DNA of 54,361 nucleotides from Candidatus Gastranaerophilales bacterium (lineage in GTDB: Bacteria; Cyanobacteriota; Vampirovibrionia; Gastranaerophilales; UBA9971): contig JANQIY010000092.1 in the NCBI GenBank assembly GCA_028281965.1, forward strand, positions 1 to 54,361, given 5' to 3'. Position numbers and translations under genes: made by a program. The notes below the pieces were generated by a model that made no database searches, was not told the DNA's origin, and saw nothing but the letters and a program-made list of their open reading frames with translations. This document shows positions 19,701 to 26,428 of the stretch, piece after piece (positions within the stretch are counted from its first letter, which is position 1; each line of letters opens with the position of its first letter).

Positions 19701-20681
19701 AAACTGGACTTTTACGATGTCATATTTGTTTTCCCTGGGTGTAGTCCAGAACTTTTCGCTGCCGGTAATTATATTGTCTTCATTAAAGCTTTGAACGCTG
19801 TTTCCTGATTGGTCAATTTTGAGGTAAACCTTACCGTTCTGGTATACCAGATAACCCCTGCATACCAGGAGCATTGCGTTTAACCAGTCCAGACGGGATT
19901 TTTTATCATCAAGAATAAAGTTCAGGGTAAATCGTTTTTGACCTTCTACCAGGGCATCACAGAAAGAGGCTGCCTCAATGAAGCTTTGAATGTCTATTTC
20001 ATCATGAGAAAGTCCCATTCCGTTGTAGCAGGTTAAGAAATCAAGAATACACCATGCAGGGTTATTGCTGTATTGTACCCCATATGTTTCAGTTCCGATG
20101 TAAACTCTTACTTTCCTGCCCTTTACCACGCATGTAACGTTAAATCCGGAACTTGAAAGCTTTTTTGAGGCTTTAGCGGTTATTGCCAGGTAAGCGTCAT
20201 ATTTTAAGCCGCCGACTTTTGCTGCTTTAACTGCCTGGCTTGCGCCGGGAACCCTGGAATCTATATTTTGGCTTCCATTTCCGTAATATGCAGTATATGA
20301 GCACCCGGCAAGAGTGCCTATATCGAAATCATTAAGCTTTACATCAGATATAGCTTCAATTTCACCGTCGCACAGGCTTACTATAAGCTTGATTGTAGAT
20401 GTATTTTCCCCCGTCTGCCAGATTTTATTACCCGCAATCTTCACTTCTCCATAAACTATGGGGCGGGGCATAAGGTTGGACACCTGGGTCTGTAAAATAC
20501 CAAAAGTATATGTAGGACTCTTAGAGCCGGATACAGAGCTATCCTGCTTGTTTGTAAGAGAGTCTATAGCCGTATAGACAGAGTAAATAAAACTTATTGT
20601 ATTATTAAGACCAGCACCTGACAAAGCGCCGGCAAAAGCTCCGCCAAGGCTTACAGCTGTGCTTATTATTGATGATGCCAT
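16782..20681 (-). CDS. host-specificity / central tail fibre protein (lambda J-like N-terminus, beta-helix domain)
   Basis: 1299 aa following M/L/K-like genes. The middle third has repeated N-x-x-V-x-N-C/V rungs (NCSVENCTV, NNIVNCKAYG, NNRVSNV) typical of right-handed beta-helix depolymerases. Confidence 0.7.
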   Translation of the reverse strand: MASSIISTAVSLGGAFAGALSGAGLNNTISFIYSVYTAIDSLTNKQDSSVSGSKSPTYTFGILQTQVSNLMPRPIVYGEVKIAGNKIWQTGENTSTIKLIVSLCDGEIEAISDVKLNDFDIGTLAGCSYTAYYGNGSQNIDSRVPGASQAVKAAKVGGLKYDAYLAITAKASKKLSSSGFNVTCVVKGRKVRVYIGTETYGVQYSNNPAWCILDFLTCYNGMGLSHDEIDIQSFIEAASFCDALVEGQKRFTLNFILDDKKSRLDWLNAMLLVCRGYLVYQNGKVYLKIDQSGNSVQSFNEDNIITGSEKFWTTPRENKYDIVKVQFIDPENEYARVYAVAELTSYGNEQPLVKTVEAFGINNFQQASRLAWFYLNEASTAYKFLSFTTTKEGLDRTVGDIIDVTSSVMGYTGKEFRITALTEVQDGQIDIVCKEYNPNIYGDTAGSVAPSIDIIDGTNTFNTTVTDITLQGDVDNDQTRILQQLIDNLSEETGGTLNVDASETGVYINASLNVKSNVHLNFKCPVFLGKYGQLRIYGGFYETPSENLPQLRQDLTAGGYTIYCGEGAESHANNYSIGDRIIIRGMSDGNGKAIEYQEATIAGINTGSNIVTIAEPLEYNFKAVYPAGDYEENFGTVDRTYITFSRFTTLNSNAVRGDTSINVANSSSFSVGDYVFFGDNKTPGDIAGDSKNTFRHEVNKIIGISGNTIRLENTLCHDYEISKDAYIIKMNPVENASIKGARVNYNAEPDSFTVNAFTIAYAKDCYIKDCQVENQGNYTSKGHGFRIDRSINCSVENCTVLAPEHVDASEGYGFTIYRANHNNIVNCKAYGCRHSYLLFRGASNNRVSNVISVNARVSDIDFHGGDESFNTIDGFTIVGGDQKYGSNLSAIKFGNEYHVTGCYGNIVRNGTISNYKGFGVDIVPISKNNVVENVTFKNIENLIRCVDLSRDGTLIASDNIIRNCVIDTITDEIGNIDGTVNGGSSQIVNNLSIESCLFKNISTYFKTFKNTVNCKILNNTFIEGIENLSDPWFINADNSDNLLVINNFIQKGTKFIKIKDCSGFICKNNRLMDFYDSTALDDVSGNDGYVFKDNDFEGFIETYGNSEGGSGNGISFKNSHIHSEIITSETVSQEGMEISNVIPFDGSTPLFSEGDEVLNCIYQPKNSRARIKLECVVPAVYLTQSSGGNNAVLTLFKNTECIGATGIRLPNSGSSSGHFIQLTKVIDISCLEPFALSMRLGPKTISTGTVLTVGDRFNEFGLPYIIITETGYSDTTNYLYTEDLSGFILSEDYKCIAKE

Positions 20682-21001
20682 CTATAAATATCCTTTAAAA
20701 AAGTTTTGTAACCTGATAACCCGGAAATTCTTAACCTATGGCGTTTGCAACAATGGAAAAAATTTCCTTTTTCTTCGTATATACCGAAATGAAAGCCGTT
20801 TAAAAACTTAAAAACCAGTAAGTCACCCTTTTTAAGCTCGTTAACTTCTGTAAAATATTTTTTAATAAGCGGTTTAAAATAAGCCTCATCCTGAACTAAC
20901 CTGTATTCGGGTATTTCAGGAAAAAGCAAATATATGGGATAAAGGCAGTCGAGCTTTTCATTGTAACTGCCTATTTTCTCAAATAATATACTTAAATTCA
21001 T
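20666..21001 (-). CDS. NlpC/P60-like tail protein (lambda K / RcGTA g14-like)
   Basis: 111 aa. It has a candidate catalytic Cys (LDCLYPI) and His residues (GFHFGIY, FFHC), and sits between the L-like and J-like genes. Confidence 0.5.
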   Translation of the reverse strand: MNLSILFEKIGSYNEKLDCLYPIYLLFPEIPEYRLVQDEAYFKPLIKKYFTEVNELKKGDLLVFKFLNGFHFGIYEEKGNFFHCCKRHRLRISGLSGYKTFLKDIYRWHHQ

Positions 21002-21711
21002 GCTTTAATCACTAATTCCGCAGGAATTGAAGGATAACCGCCAAATCGGGTTTCATTGCTCCTTGCCTGGCAAGAGGAGAAAGTTTTATCACAAGTAGTT
21101 TCTTCTCCGGAGTACTGGCACCTGGAATCCTTAAAGGCCCACTGGCAGTTTACGTCATAGGTTGTATTGGGGCTAAGCGTCGAATACCCGCCAAGAACCC
21201 GCTCAACGTCAAAGGAAAATTCTGTCTCGGTAAGTTTTATATTATTTATAAACCCTTCAAAAATATTGACAGGACTACCTATCACAGAATTAAAAATTTC
21301 CAGGCAAAGGGAATTTCCGTTTTCAAGCTGAAGTCCGGACTCATCCTGAAATAACAGGATATCTTCATGGTCATAGAAAATGATTTCCTCAATTTTGCAG
21401 CGGGAATTTGTCAAAACATCTCCCTGCTCAGACTGGTTAACTATGATTTGGCTGTAAGTCCGGTTTATATTGCTAATTTTGATATTGCACCTCTGAGGTC
21501 CGCCTTCCATATGGTTTTCTATAGAACCACGGTTTACCATGGCGCTTAAATACGTTTCCCCATTATACTCAAAACTGCTAATAGTATCATTTTCAAGGAT
21601 TTTAACAACCTCTTTTTCCTCGTTATTAAGGACTATTGTTAAAAGAATCCTTGTTTTAATCTTTTTTTGGGCAATTTCCGTTTTTTGACTGTCGTTTAGA
21701 CCTTTGCTCAT
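20998..21711 (-). CDS. minor tail protein L-like (DUF2163/BR0599-type)
   Basis: 237 aa. The C-terminal Cys-rich block CQWAFKDSRCQYSGEETTCDKTFSSCQ...RFGGYPSIP matches the BR0599-type motif. Confidence 0.6.
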   Translation of the reverse strand: MSKGLNDSQKTEIAQKKIKTRILLTIVLNNEEKEVVKILENDTISSFEYNGETYLSAMVNRGSIENHMEGGPQRCNIKISNINRTYSQIIVNQSEQGDVLTNSRCKIEEIIFYDHEDILLFQDESGLQLENGNSLCLEIFNSVIGSPVNIFEGFINNIKLTETEFSFDVERVLGGYSTLSPNTTYDVNCQWAFKDSRCQYSGEETTCDKTFSSCQARSNETRFGGYPSIPAELVIKA

Positions 21712-22085
21712 TAGCCTGTTACCTCAACAAAAGTAATTTGAAAGTTTTTATACCCCATGTTTAAATGTTCCATACTTAATTCGTCATGATCAAACCTGAC
21801 GGTATAAACATTTCCATCCCCGCCTAAATTTTCCCCTGTTACGGGATGAGACGCCAGCCATGTCCAGTTAAAAGCTTCGTAGCGCCCTTTTCTGGCATTA
21901 AAAAACGCCATTATGGCGTTGGTGTCAGAATCATCCTTGGAAAATTCCAGAACCCATTTTCTACGGGGGTTTGTCCATAAATTCCTGCGCTGTTCTCCCC
22001 CGGAATAAACGTCATCTACAATGGTATTCCATTGAGAACTAACTTGATAAGCTCTTTTATACTGATAATTAAATGTAGCTGTCAT
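21711..22085 (-). CDS. minor tail protein M-like (DUF2460-type distal tail protein)
   Basis: 124 aa. Motif SGGEQRR...RRKW.L.F...FFNARKGRYEAF. It lies directly after the tape-measure-like genes. Confidence 0.5.
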   Translation of the reverse strand: MTATFNYQYKRAYQVSSQWNTIVDDVYSGGEQRRNLWTNPRRKWVLEFSKDDSDTNAIMAFFNARKGRYEAFNWTWLASHPVTGENLGGDGNVYTVRFDHDELSMEHLNMGYKNFQITFVEVTG

Positions 22086-22088
22086 AGA

Positions 22089-22904
22089 TTATGTACTCCT
22101 TACAGCGTTTCTAAGGTTGGAATCCTTTTGCACACCTTCTGAAATCATCGAAAAAAACCGCCTGTTGTGCTGGTTAAGAACGTTAAACACATCCTGGGCC
22201 GATACTCCTGTCTTAATCTGCGGGGCATAAAGGTAGTTCGGCGAACTTTGGGTTTGGGCCTGTCCCTTGCCGTTTAGCATATTAAACAAATTAGCCTGCT
22301 GGCCCGGGTTCAAAACCATTTCGGAACCATGGGCCATAACCGGTACAGGCTGGGAAAAACTTCCCGGAACAATCCCCCCGGTGTCAAATCTATAAATAAA
22401 TCCTGCTAAATCAACCCAGGGCGATATTTTAGATGCCGAATCCGGGAAAAATGCATTTATAATCTTATCTACTGAATCCCTGGAAAGACCCTGGCCAACC
22501 CCGTCTGTCCCGCCGCCAAAGGATAAGGTGTTACCAATATTGTTTGAAACAGATGTTAGCTGCCCTAAAATGTCTTTAATATTTGAATTGGCTTTTTCCA
22601 GTGATTTATTGGCGCCTTTAGCTTCGTCCAGCATATTTTTTGAATTGTCCAGGGATTCATTCATAGCTTCGACATTTTCTTCAATCACCTCGGAAGTGTT
22701 GTTAAAGTTTTCCTGCAGTGCGTTCAGGGACGTTTGCAAACCGTCTGTATTTATTGATAAGTGAAGGCTGTTTAATTCATAAAACCTGCTTGATAATGCT
22801 TTGGAAGTGTCATCAAAAGTTTGGGATAAACTTTTTGAGTCTTCTTTAAAGTTTTTACTAAGAGTTTGTAAAGATTTTTTTAATTCTGATATATTTAATT
22901 CCAT
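22089..22904 (-). CDS. tape-measure-like protein, paralogue B
   Basis: 271 aa with a coiled-coil-like N-terminus. The C-terminal block GGIVPGSFSQPVPVMAHGSEMVLNPGQQANLFNML is shared with 22929..24071. Confidence 0.55.
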   Translation of the reverse strand: MELNISELKKSLQTLSKNFKEDSKSLSQTFDDTSKALSSRFYELNSLHLSINTDGLQTSLNALQENFNNTSEVIEENVEAMNESLDNSKNMLDEAKGANKSLEKANSNIKDILGQLTSVSNNIGNTLSFGGGTDGVGQGLSRDSVDKIINAFFPDSASKISPWVDLAGFIYRFDTGGIVPGSFSQPVPVMAHGSEMVLNPGQQANLFNMLNGKGQAQTQSSPNYLYAPQIKTGVSAQDVFNVLNQHNRRFFSMISEGVQKDSNLRNAVRST

Positions 22905-22928
22905 CTATTTTTTCCTTTAAGGCTTTAA

Positions 22929-24071
22929 TTAAAAGTTGTTTAAGGAGTTTTGCCTTTCTTTTACCAAAGCGAGAAACTCCAGGGAAGTTTTTTGCAGGGC
23001 ACTAATCAATTCCTGCCCGGAATGCGCCTCGATGACAGGAGAATATACAATATCCCGGCTTGTCCGGTTTTTTGGGTTGAGTATATTGAAAAGTTTTGCC
23101 TGTTGTGATGGGCTTAAGAGCATTTCAGAACCGTGAGCGGTAATAGGTACAGATTGCGAAGAGTCTCCGGGAATAACCCCGCCTGAGCTGTAAGTAAGAT
23201 TTTTATTTATAATTTTGCCGTAAACGTCTTTCTGTACTTCTGTTCCGTCGTCATCATCATCTTGCTCATCATCATCTTCGTTGTCTTCATCTTCGTCGTC
23301 GTCTTCGTCACCTTCGTCTTCACCGTCTTCGTCGTCTTCATCTTCATCGTCGTCCTGGCTTTTTTCCCTTTCTCTTTTTATTTTTTCAACAGCTTCGTGC
23401 ATTTGATCCATTTTTTCAGGGAGTTCAGATATTTTTTCGTTAAAAGTTTCCAGAGTTTTTTGAAAACTTTCGTTGTCTATAAGATTATTTAATTCATCTG
23501 AAGTGTTTTGTAAGGTATTTTGAAGCTTGTCAAAGTTTTCGGGCAAATCCATCATAGCTTTTTTGAAGTTATTTTTTAATTCTATTATGGAGTCACAAAC
23601 TTCTTGCAAGGAATCCATCTCTCTTGCCCAGCCTTTATAAGCCTCTTCAACAGGAGTTATTGCCATTTTAGCAAATAAACCAAGAGGAATAAAAGTTGTT
23701 ATAAAAGGAAGTCCATGTATTCCAAGAGTTTTAGGCAATCCATATTTTTCATAATCTCTGTTGATTTCTTTTGCTAAGTCAGCCAGATTTAAACCTTTAA
23801 CGAGTTTAGCACTCCCTTTAAAGAATTTAAGATTTTTACGTGCTTCTTTAAGATCTTCTTTCAGGGTTTTATTTAGTTTTCTGGCATAAGTATTATCGTT
23901 TTTTGCCAGCGACTCATAGCTTTCGCCAACACTTTCAAGATATTGTTCTAATTTTTTTAAGGCTTTTTCTATTTGTTCTTTTAGATAGTATTCTGATGCT
24001 TTAGTTATATATGGTTTATATTTGTTTTTTTTATTATTTTTATCAGATTTTCCAGTCACAATATACTCCAA
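22929..24071 (-). CDS. tape-measure-like protein, paralogue A (with poly-acidic tract)
   Basis: 380 aa with a hydrophobic segment and a helical region. It has a D/E tract of about 40 residues and the C-terminal block GGVIPGDSSQSVPITAHGSEMLLSPSQQAKLFNIL. Confidence 0.55.
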   Translation of the reverse strand: MEYIVTGKSDKNNKKNKYKPYITKASEYYLKEQIEKALKKLEQYLESVGESYESLAKNDNTYARKLNKTLKEDLKEARKNLKFFKGSAKLVKGLNLADLAKEINRDYEKYGLPKTLGIHGLPFITTFIPLGLFAKMAITPVEEAYKGWAREMDSLQEVCDSIIELKNNFKKAMMDLPENFDKLQNTLQNTSDELNNLIDNESFQKTLETFNEKISELPEKMDQMHEAVEKIKREREKSQDDDEDEDDEDGEDEGDEDDDEDEDNEDDDEQDDDDDGTEVQKDVYGKIINKNLTYSSGGVIPGDSSQSVPITAHGSEMLLSPSQQAKLFNILNPKNRTSRDIVYSPVIEAHSGQELISALQKTSLEFLALVKERQNSLNNF

Positions 24072-24579
24072 TTTTATACAAAAAGCTTTTTCTCATTGCT
24101 TTTTGGTCTAAATTGTTTTGTTTTAAATTAGATTCAATATATTCTAAAGTTTTTTCTTTAAAATCTTCGGGGTCGGGAACGATAAGAATTTTAGGGAAGA
24201 AAGAATTAGAAAGTTTAAAAAATAAAGTACTGATGTTTTGTAAGTCATAGATTATTTGGCTTAAATCAGAAGTTGCAGGCTTTATAATACCGATATAAAT
24301 TATATTTTTTAGCCAAATGCACTTATGTTTGAAAAAAATATTTTGATAAACAATTTTTTTATTAGTTAAAATGACGTTTGAGCATAAAGAATAAATAAGC
24401 CAATATGTTAAGAAAATAAGTAAAAAAATTACTATTAAAACTATTTTACTTTTATTTAAGCCCGGCAAAAGATAAAATATCAATGCTATACAGGTTATAA
24501 TTATAAAAGAATATAGAATTTTAGTTATAAGTGTTCTTTTAGGTTTAAAGATTATTATTTCATCCTTATCCAGCTTCAT
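24043..24579 (-). CDS. membrane protein, bacterial PH-domain (DUF304/bPH_2)-like, moron copy 1
   Basis: Start at the MKLDKDEIIIFKPK Met (ATG 24579, AAGGA RBS). Two TM helices are followed by LTNKKIVYQNIFF, typical of bPH_2 proteins. The track N-terminal extension translates the duplicated leader. Confidence 0.55.
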   Translation of the reverse strand: MKLDKDEIIIFKPKRTLITKILYSFIIITCIALIFYLLPGLNKSKIVLIVIFLLIFLTYWLIYSLCSNVILTNKKIVYQNIFFKHKCIWLKNIIYIGIIKPATSDLSQIIYDLQNISTLFFKLSNSFFPKILIVPDPEDFKEKTLEYIESNLKQNNLDQKAMRKSFLYKIGVYCDWKI

Positions 24580-24612
24580 GATAGTCCTTTTTTGGTTTAT
24601 ACAACAGGGACA

Positions 24613-24688
24613 ATTATATCCGGAAAACACCTCATAATTAAGCGGCAATTATCACGGAAAACTTCCGTATTTTAAGGAAAAATTCCTT
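24613..24688 (-). promoter_or_regulatory. moron leader with promoters and GGAA-N3-TTCC palindromes (copy 1)
   Basis: Minus-strand TATAAT (24618-24613) and TTAAAA-16-GATAAT (24675-24648). Palindromes acGGAAaacTTCCgt (24654-24668) and aaGGAAaaaTTCCtt (24674-24688) occupy the spacer and the -35. Confidence 0.4.
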
Positions 24689-24735
24689 GATAATAAATAT
24701 TATGAAAAAATTATTATTATCTTTTGTCATAATTA

Positions 24736-25239
24736 TTATTCCAGTTGATAAAGCCAGTCCTGATTTAAAGAATTGTCTTTTATGTTGTTATAAATATATT
24801 CCATAGTAATTTCCTGAAAATCGTCAGGTTCAGGTGTTAAAACTCTTCTTTTAAAAAATTTGCCGGACAGTGTAAAAACAAGCTTTCTCAGGTTTTGCAA
24901 ATCAAACATTAACGCAGACTCTCCTGAAAAGGAAGATTCAATTTCAATGTCTACTATATCTTTTAACCATATGCTTTTAGTAATAAAAAAAATATTTTGA
25001 TATAAAACTCTTTTATTGGTTAATAAAACAGGAGAAAGGAACATATGGATACTTAATAGGGTTGTAAGTAACATAATTGCTGCCAATATTATATGGTCAA
25101 AACTATGAGTTATAATTGCTACCAATAAAATATAACCAAGCGCATAGAGAGTTAATGAAAGCAAAATTGTATTAAAAATTTTAGTAAAAAGGTTTCTTTT
25201 AGGTTTAAAGATTATTATTTCATCCTTATCCAGCTTCAT
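24736..25239 (-). CDS. membrane protein, bacterial PH-domain (DUF304/bPH_2)-like, moron copy 2
   Basis: It has the same MKLDKDEIIIFKPK N-terminus (ATG 25239) and the same RBS as copy 1. Two TM helices are followed by LTNKRVLYQNIFF. The body has diverged from copy 1. Confidence 0.55.
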   Translation of the reverse strand: MKLDKDEIIIFKPKRNLFTKIFNTILLSLTLYALGYILLVAIITHSFDHIILAAIMLLTTLLSIHMFLSPVLLTNKRVLYQNIFFITKSIWLKDIVDIEIESSFSGESALMFDLQNLRKLVFTLSGKFFKRRVLTPEPDDFQEITMEYIYNNIKDNSLNQDWLYQLE

Positions 25240-25330
25240 GATAGTCCTTTTTTGTTTATACACCAGGGACAATTATATCCGGAAAACACCTCATAATTAA
25301 GCAGTAATTATCACGGAAAACTTCCGTATT

Positions 25331-25527
25331 TTAAGGAAAATTTCCTTTGAGATATTTTGTAAGGCATTTTGAAACTTGTGAAAGTTTTTGGGCAAACCCA
25401 TCATAGCTTTGCAAAATCTTTATAAGCCTAACGTGAAATAAAACAGTGGTTTTTTGATTGTTTTTTAACTTGCATATATTATTACGGAATTTCTCCTTGA
25501 GCCATAAGGAAATTTTCCTTAAAAACT
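25331..25527 (-). pseudogene. decayed tape-measure 5' fragment / non-coding remnant
   Basis: 25346-25412 is ~85% identical to 23497-23565 inside paralogue A. In the homologous frame it reads AMMGLPKNFHKFQNALQN versus AMMDLPENFDKLQNTLQN, is interrupted by stops and has an internal deletion. The track ORF 25331..25576 uses a different frame. Confidence 0.45.
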
Positions 25528-25757
25528 CAAGGCTGCATAAGCTGGCTAAAAGCCTGCTTGTTTCTTTCCTCAACATTATTTTTGCCGGGAGCGTTTACTT
25601 CCATGTATTTATAAGCCAATACGGATAATTTCCGCGGAGTTAAGCACCAGAATTCTTTTTCACTCATTTTTAAAAGCACGGTTGCACAGTAGTAAAGCCA
25701 GGCCCAGTCCCATTTACTTTGATTATGGCTATCAGAACCCGGCTTTATGAGTTTTTT
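25527..25757 (-). CDS. -1 frame extension of tail assembly chaperone (GT-like fusion, ~184 aa with 25758..26080)
   Basis: The -1 frame is open from the slippery site to TGA at 25529-25527. It encodes ..SKWDWAWLYYCATVLLKMSEKEFWCLTPRKL.., matching the DW..L...FW.LTP.EL motif of chaperone extensions. Confidence 0.7.
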   Translation of the reverse strand, partial: KKLIKPGSDSHNQSKWDWAWLYYCATVLLKMSEKEFWCLTPRKLSVLAYKYMEVNAPGKNNVEERNKQAFSQLMQP

Positions 25758-26080
25758 GATTCTGTTTCCGGGTTTTGTTGAGGAATAGCCCTGACAATAG
25801 CAAGATTTACCTGCCCGCCAATTTCTTTTAGCCGGGAAAGATCAAACATTTTGCCGACTTCTCTTGTGGTCAGGCTTTCATTTTCATGAAGCAATCCGGC
25901 TCTAAGCACGTTTATAATAGCCTTTATACTGCCGGAGGAAAGCGCGGCCATTGCCTCGTCAATCGAGCCGTAAATCTCTTCAAGCTCAGCAAAAGCATTC
26001 AGGTCATAATGCAGGTGTTTTGTCTCATTATCAATTATTATAGGGGTTTTTTTCTCTCTTATATCGTTTAAATTGCTCAT
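25745..26080 (-). CDS. tail assembly chaperone (G-like zero-frame product)
   Basis: 111 aa. The YDLNAFAELEEIYGS...LRAGL pattern is typical of TAC proteins, and it sits between tube and tape-measure genes. Confidence 0.7.
   Translation of the reverse strand: MSNLNDIREKKTPIIIDNETKHLHYDLNAFAELEEIYGSIDEAMAALSSGSIKAIINVLRAGLLHENESLTTREVGKMFDLSRLKEIGGQVNLAIVRAIPQQNPETESKNS
25751..25757 (-). promoter_or_regulatory. programmed -1 frameshift slippery heptamer A_AAA_AAC
   Basis: The zero-frame codons tcA AAA AAC lie 2 codons before the TAC stop, and the -1 frame continues for 74 further codons. Confidence 0.7.
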
Positions 26081-26090
26081 AAATACACCC

Positions 26091-26119
26091 TTATGTTCTT
26101 ATCTAAATTTTGGTATAAT
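26091..26119 (+). promoter_or_regulatory. extended -10 promoter (TGgTATAAT) for antisense moron
   Basis: TGG at 26111-26113, TATAAT at 26114-26119, and a weak -35 TTATGT at 26091-26096. The promoter lies inside the 5' end region of the minus-strand TAC gene. Confidence 0.5.
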
Positions 26120-26146
26120 AATTTAATCAAATTTGGAGTAACAATA

Positions 26147-26428
26147 GTGGAATTAATAATATCTTCAATTACTTTATTAACGGTCATAGTTGGTTTTTTA
26201 GGACTGCTTATAATGATGCTCCGGCTCCATAACCAGGTAAGAACAGAAGTTAGAAGCCAGATCAGTGAATTTAAAAAAGAAGTAAGAATGGAAATATCTG
26301 AAATCAAGCAGGAAACCAGGGACCTGAAGCAAGAAATCAGGGATTTAAAACAGGAAATAAGGATTACTAATATGCGAATAGACAGCTTATACCGGGAATT
26401 ATTTAAAAAAGACCAGGATGTAGCCTGA
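26147..26428 (+). CDS. TM plus coiled-coil protein (plus-strand moron)
   Basis: The GTG at 26147 lies 8 nt after GGAG (26135-26138). The track ATG 26093 falls inside the predicted -35. There is an N-terminal TM helix followed by the tandem repeat ETRDLKQEIRDLKQEIR. Confidence 0.5.
   Translation: MELIISSITLLTVIVGFLGLLIMMLRLHNQVRTEVRSQISEFKKEVRMEISEIKQETRDLKQEIRDLKQEIRITNMRIDSLYRELFKKDQDVA

Noticed and set aside
24580-24648. N-terminal extension of track ORF 24043..24648 containing NCPCC, which might have been a metal-binding motif.
   Set aside because: This stretch is the duplicated non-coding leader, repeated upstream of the paralogue where the frame differs. The internal ATG at 24579 has the AAGGA RBS shared by both copies.
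25331-25576. 81-aa ORF downstream of the tail chaperone, considered as a real gene.
   Set aside because: It overlaps the end of the -1 frameshift extension and reads a different frame from the tape-measure-homologous remnant. It looks like a chance ORF over a rearrangement scar.
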